Shown here: positions 59,663-64,000 of the stretch, in pieces | Numbering within the stretch: position 1 is the first letter of the stretch | How the letters are laid out: each line of letters begins with the position of its first letter | NCBI GenBank assembly: GCA_963667035.1 | Contig: OY762964.1 | Location: forward strand, 1,696,001 to 1,760,000 | Reading direction: 5' to 3' | From: Candidatus Cloacimonadales bacterium | GTDB lineage: Bacteria > Cloacimonadota > Cloacimonadia > Cloacimonadales > JAFGVF01 | DNA length: 64,000 nucleotides | Notes under the pieces: model-generated | What the model saw: only the letters and a program-made list of their open reading frames with translations | Told to the model about the DNA's origin: nothing | The model's database searches: none | Translations under genes and position numbers: made by a program

Positions 59663-60925
59663 TTACAAGGTAACAATTACATTACTTTCAACTTTATTAA
59701 ATGATGTAACATTACCATTTACTACTAATTCAACACCGGGAAAAACTTTCCCTTTAAAGCTAATCCCCTGCTCCTCTACTTGTGATTTTTCCTTACTCTT
59801 ATCAGCTTCAATAGATTCTATAAGCTTCTTCATTTCTTTCACTATCTTAGGAGCTAGAATATCGTTCTCAATAGTCTTCATAATACTTCGAGTAAGTATT
59901 TGAGAATAAGCATTCTCGATTAATTCGACTCGAGTTGAAGAGTTAAACCTATCACCTGCATAAGCTCCGCAAATATAGTTCTCGGCAAAACAACTTCCCC
60001 CGCTTATCTCGAAAGTTTTATCCGATCCTAAGATTGAATCTCCTGCAACCATTCGGGAATCAATAACCAGTCTCTCGGGTTTTATCAATCCTTTAGCATA
60101 GACAAAAGAGCTACGTCCACTACTGAAGACAATGTCTCTTCCGCTTATTAATCCTAAAGGTTTACAGTTAAACACTGTTCCGTCCACATGGATATTTCCC
60201 GTAGCATATATAGTGCAATCCTCTATATCACCGTGTACGGTTATGTTTCCCTCTACTCTTATATAATTACAATTTCTTAAGGAACCTTCTATATCTACAT
60301 GAGTTCTGAAATGTAAGAATTGGGAATCATTGACTTGCTCAGCTCTCAAAGCTAGTACATCCATTACTCCCAATTTACCGTCTTTGAAGTAAGGATAACC
60401 TTTTATTGTCGAGTAGATTGCTTTATCGGATTCTTTAAAAGTAACATTCCTATCAATATATCCGGTAGAATATATGGAATGTAAATCTCTTTGTTCAAGG
60501 ATTACACCATGTACATTCTTTACAGCATTTGAGCTCTCATCAATTTTGATACTTGCCAGTTTTGTTCCTGCTTCAACAAAGTACCAATCCTTACCGGAAA
60601 CAATTTGTTCATCCATCTGCGGATTATAACAGGAATTTTTGTTAAAGTTACAAACAAGTTCGCTCTTAAAAGGTTCCAATCCACCTTTAGCAATTAAGAA
60701 AGGAGAATCATATTCCTTTTCAAATCCTGTCTCTTCATTGAAGTCACGAGCATTCTCAAAGCCATATACGATTCCAGCTCTGTTTAACAGCTCTTTTATC
60801 TCATCTTCACTTATAACTTCTCGGGTAAGCTTGATAGTAAGATATGCTTCCATAGCATTTTCACTAACCTCAATTATCAAATTGCCTTTGTCATTTTCAT
60901 AAGTCTTTGCCATTAACTTTCCCAA
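59663..60925 (-). CDS. DUF342/FapA-like protein
   Basis: IEVSENAMEAYL...L..AGIVYG; beta-helix-like G.I.V.G repeats; G.VFPGV tail; start uncertain (60925 or 60913). Confidence 0.65.
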   Translation of the reverse strand: MGKLMAKTYENDKGNLIIEVSENAMEAYLTIKLTREVISEDEIKELLNRAGIVYGFENARDFNEETGFEKEYDSPFLIAKGGLEPFKSELVCNFNKNSCYNPQMDEQIVSGKDWYFVEAGTKLASIKIDESSNAVKNVHGVILEQRDLHSIYSTGYIDRNVTFKESDKAIYSTIKGYPYFKDGKLGVMDVLALRAEQVNDSQFLHFRTHVDIEGSLRNCNYIRVEGNITVHGDIEDCTIYATGNIHVDGTVFNCKPLGLISGRDIVFSSGRSSFVYAKGLIKPERLVIDSRMVAGDSILGSDKTFEISGGSCFAENYICGAYAGDRFNSSTRVELIENAYSQILTRSIMKTIENDILAPKIVKEMKKLIESIEADKSKEKSQVEEQGISFKGKVFPGVELVVNGNVTSFNKVESNVIVTL

Positions 60926-61148
60926 ATATATGATTTTGAATGATATAATGTAGAGGAAGTCTTATTTGTCAACTATTCTATCCGCTTGAGAACTATATCA
61001 TTCTATTATGCAATATTTGGTTCAATATATCTTCTAATGCGTCACAGTAAGTAGTTTGGATTAGCCGATAGGCATTGAATTGAAAAGGTTATCAGATTTA
61101 TTCAGTTTAGTAATGAACTGTTTCTACTTAGCACGCCACCATCTTACT

Positions 61149-61586
61149 GGGTACGCCGGCATCCTGCCGGCATTCTCTAACATAAGCTGAAAGCTCGTGC
61201 ATTAATAAAATACAGGTAGAATATTCGACCCCTTTAGGGTCGTTGGTTATTGATATCAGGTACCATGGGTTGAAACCCATGGCTAATATGAGGTTATCCT
61301 TTCAGGATAAGAATTGCTCTTACCGGGAACGCAAGCTTCCAGCTTGCATTAGGGATTGCCGACTACATCGGCACAACAACTCAGGAGAGTTGCAATGCAA
61401 TCGTAATGCAAATGCCCTCACTTGCACATAGCTCAAAGAGCTATAATTAGGAATTTGATTGTGTTAGTTTATTTGTATTTACAAACTATGTAATACAACC
61501 CTAAAGACAGATTTATGCTCTTTTGTATTCGCTGGTGAAAGTTGCCGACTGCGTCGGCACAGCAACTCCGGAGAGTTGCACTACGA
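61149..61586. repeat. cluster of REP-like short palindromes of several families
   Basis: hairpins at 61155-71, 61226-42, 61263-82, 61294-310, 61331-47, 61357-92, 61428-44, 61541-86; one has a GTAG tetranucleotide at its foot. Confidence 0.7.
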
Positions 61587-61659
61587 TTGTACTGCATCTA
61601 TACCTCTAAAATCTTACTATTTTCCTATTTTCACCCACTATTATCACCCTTCTACCATC

Positions 61660-61920
61660 CTTTAGGGCGACTTCTAAAGACATTGGAACCGAATTGGACC
61701 CACCAAGGAGCCTCCTTGGACCCTCCTTGGCGAAGGCCAAAGTTGTCCACATCGTGTGGATAACTTTTGCCATAGAATTTCTTTGGTCTTTAATAGTATT
61801 GCAGAAGGGGCGTAACAAGTTCATGACATGTTCATTTAATTGGCGAGTAACCCTTAAAAGTATCCACCCTAGGGAGGTCAAAGTTTTACCAAGAAAACAC
61901 TAAGTAAACTGCATGATATA
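61660..61920 (-). repeat. dispersed repeat copy 2 plus ~80-bp truncated IS end
   Basis: 61660-61841 matches 10521-10702 inverted; 61841-61920 matches the IS end 12046-12126 inverted. Confidence 0.9.
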
Positions 61921-62165
61921 ACAAAAGCGAGGGGGCGAAAGATGTGTAAACCTGACAATGCGAATGAGCATATTATAGACCATAAGAAGGAGGTTCCCAC
62001 ACATGAATAATGAATAAGATAAAATCAATATGGATAGAGTTGTAAAGTAACTATAATGCTTTACAAGATTATTGTTTTGTATACGGGAATCATGCTTTTT
62101 TGTTGCATTAATGTATTCTCATAATTTACTGACATCAAGAAATAAATAAAATAGATGGAGGATAA

Positions 62166-63653
62166 ATGCGTAAAATAACTTTTTTACTAGTATTTATGCT
62201 GTTACTTACATCCATGTTTGCTAGTGACTTTCAGCAAATGAAGGAAAAAGTAACAAAATTCACACTTCCTAACGGTGCAACTATACTTGTACTGGAAAAT
62301 CATGAAGTGCCTATTGCTCACTGCATGACACTTGCCCGTGTAGGTGCTGTCAACGAGGAAGAAGGCAATACGGGTATGGCTCACTTCTTAGAGCATCTTG
62401 CTTTTAAAGGTACAACTTCTATAGGAACTACCAATTATAAGAAAGAAAAGAAGATTATGGATAAAGCAGATGCTAAGTTTGATGAGATTCTAGCCGAGAA
62501 AGCAAAAGGTGAAAATGCAAATCAAGAAGTCATCGCAAGTCTACAATCAGAGCTTGATGCTTTAATAGATAAAGCGTCAAAGTATGTGATTCAAAATGAA
62601 TTTACATCTATTCTTGAAGAGCGTGGAGGCACAGGTCTTAATGCCGGTACCAGCCAAGACTTCACAATGTATCAGGTGAGTGTTCCTTCTAATAAGTTGG
62701 AACTGTGGATGGCAATGGAAACAGATAGATTCACAAACCCTGTATTTAGAGAGTTTTACAGAGAGCGTAAGGTTATCTTGGAAGAAAGACGTCTGACTCT
62801 TGAGAATCAACCAAGCAGTAAACTTATGGCTAATCTTGCTGAAACAGCTTTTGTTAAGCATCCCTATAATACCCCTGTTATAGGCTGGACTGAAGATATA
62901 GAAAACATGACAAGAAGAGACGTAGAAGCTTTCTTCCATAAGTACTACGGAGCAAATAACCTTGTCTTTGCAATATCAGGAGATATCTACCCTGACGAAG
63001 TAAAAGCTCTTGCTGATAAATACTTCAATACAATACCTTCCGGTGTTAAAGCTCCTAAATGGCCTGTTGTTGAGCCTGAACAAACTAAAGAAAAGACATT
63101 TGTTTTGGAAGACAACGCTCAACCCTTCCTTATGATAGGTTACCATATTCCGGAGGATACTCATGAAGATTATAATGCTATTACTGCACTAGCATCTATT
63201 TTCGGTCAGAAACCGACATCTCGTTTATATACAAGAATGGTAGAAAAAGATAAGATTGCTATGTATGGATTTAGTTTTAACGGCTATCCCGGTTCTCTTT
63301 ATCCGAATCTATTCTTAGTAGCATCTATTCCTGCTCAGAATTCATCCTTTGATGAGAATTTACAGGCTATAGATGAAGAAATTGCTAGAATTAAAGCTGA
63401 CGGAATTACAGATGAAGAATTTACTGCTTACAAGATGGGGTCTCTACGCCAATATTTAAGACAATTGGATAGTGGACAATACCTGCCAATCCTTTTGGCA
63501 AAAGCGGAAGCTTATGATACTAGCTATGAAAAGCTCTTCTCATCTCTTGATGAGATTGAAGCACTTACTAAAGAAGATATTCAAAGAGTTGCTAACAAAT
63601 ACCTGATTAATACTAATAGAACTGTTGGCAAACTAATGCCTAAAGGAGAATAA
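62166..63653 (+). CDS. M16 (pitrilysin-like) zinc metallopeptidase, catalytic subunit
   Basis: signal peptide; GMAHFLEHLAFKGT (HxxEH); NAGTS.D.T.Y; ER.VI.EER. Confidence 0.92.
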   Translation: MRKITFLLVFMLLLTSMFASDFQQMKEKVTKFTLPNGATILVLENHEVPIAHCMTLARVGAVNEEEGNTGMAHFLEHLAFKGTTSIGTTNYKKEKKIMDKADAKFDEILAEKAKGENANQEVIASLQSELDALIDKASKYVIQNEFTSILEERGGTGLNAGTSQDFTMYQVSVPSNKLELWMAMETDRFTNPVFREFYRERKVILEERRLTLENQPSSKLMANLAETAFVKHPYNTPVIGWTEDIENMTRRDVEAFFHKYYGANNLVFAISGDIYPDEVKALADKYFNTIPSGVKAPKWPVVEPEQTKEKTFVLEDNAQPFLMIGYHIPEDTHEDYNAITALASIFGQKPTSRLYTRMVEKDKIAMYGFSFNGYPGSLYPNLFLVASIPAQNSSFDENLQAIDEEIARIKADGITDEEFTAYKMGSLRQYLRQLDSGQYLPILLAKAEAYDTSYEKLFSSLDEIEALTKEDIQRVANKYLINTNRTVGKLMPKGE

Positions 63654-64000
63654 ATGAAAAAAGCATTAATACTAATTGTTGCTACTCTAATCCTTCTGGC
63701 CGGTTGTGCAACAAATACCAATGTCAGAAAAATGAGTTTCCCACCTCTACGTAATTTTGAGATGCCTAAAGTTGAACAAGTTAAGCTTGATAATGGTATG
63801 AAACTCTTTCTTTGTGAAGATCACTCCTACCCTATAGTTAATATAGATATGATGTTTGACGGTGGTTCTGTATATGAAGAGTATAAGAAGAGAGGTGTAG
63901 CAGAAGTATTAGGTAGACTTCTCACCGAAGGTGGCTCTAAGAATTATCCCGCAGATAGCTTAAAGCAAATCTTAGATATAAACGCTATTGGTTTCTATTC
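63654..64000 (+). CDS. second M16 peptidase subunit (lipoprotein, probably non-catalytic), truncated by the window end
   Basis: manual translation MKKALILIVATLILLAGC...EQVKLDNGMKLFLCEDHSYPIV; HxxEH position replaced by GVAEVLGRLL. Confidence 0.8.
   Translation, partial: MKKALILIVATLILLAGCATNTNVRKMSFPPLRNFEMPKVEQVKLDNGMKLFLCEDHSYPIVNIDMMFDGGSVYEEYKKRGVAEVLGRLLTEGGSKNYPADSLKQILDINAIGFY

Noticed and set aside
61149..61586. Possible CRISPR array or integron attC cassette array
   Set aside because: No identical repeats with regular spacers, no cas or intI gene, and no cassette ORFs between the hairpins.

Overview
AT-rich bacterial chromosome segment, mostly housekeeping genes. The gene content (Omp85 barrel, [FeFe]-hydrogenase maturases, CoA-transferase, amino-acid oxidoreductase, tricorn/M16/SppA proteases) fits a diderm anaerobic amino-acid fermenter; Candidatus Cloacimonadota is my guess and is unverified. 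About 50 CDS were found, including pdxA, pyrE, two hsp20, sppA, a GntR-ABC operon, adk, ktrAB, rluD, atoDA, guaA, cdsA, uppS, prfB (programmed +1 frameshift), trmB, asnS, hflX, hydE/hydG and trmFO. No rRNA, tRNA, CRISPR array or prophage was seen. The most interesting signals are mostly non-coding. (1) An IS481/IS1202-like element at 10738-12126 has a 15-17 bp target duplication and a transposase whose stop codon lies in the flanking DNA. (2) A ~180-bp dispersed repeat (10.5 kb, inverted copy at 61.7 kb) abuts an IS end in both copies and carries an inverted DnaA-box pair. (3) Degenerate motifs spaced at 11 bp occur in four intergenic regions. (4) Candidate attenuator leaders precede the hydrogenase-maturation operon and hflX. 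(5) A cluster of REP-like hairpins lies at 61.1-61.6 kb. (6) Apparent fusions: PdxA-methyltransferase and DUF2007-PyrE. All family assignments come from motif recognition by eye; no searches were run.
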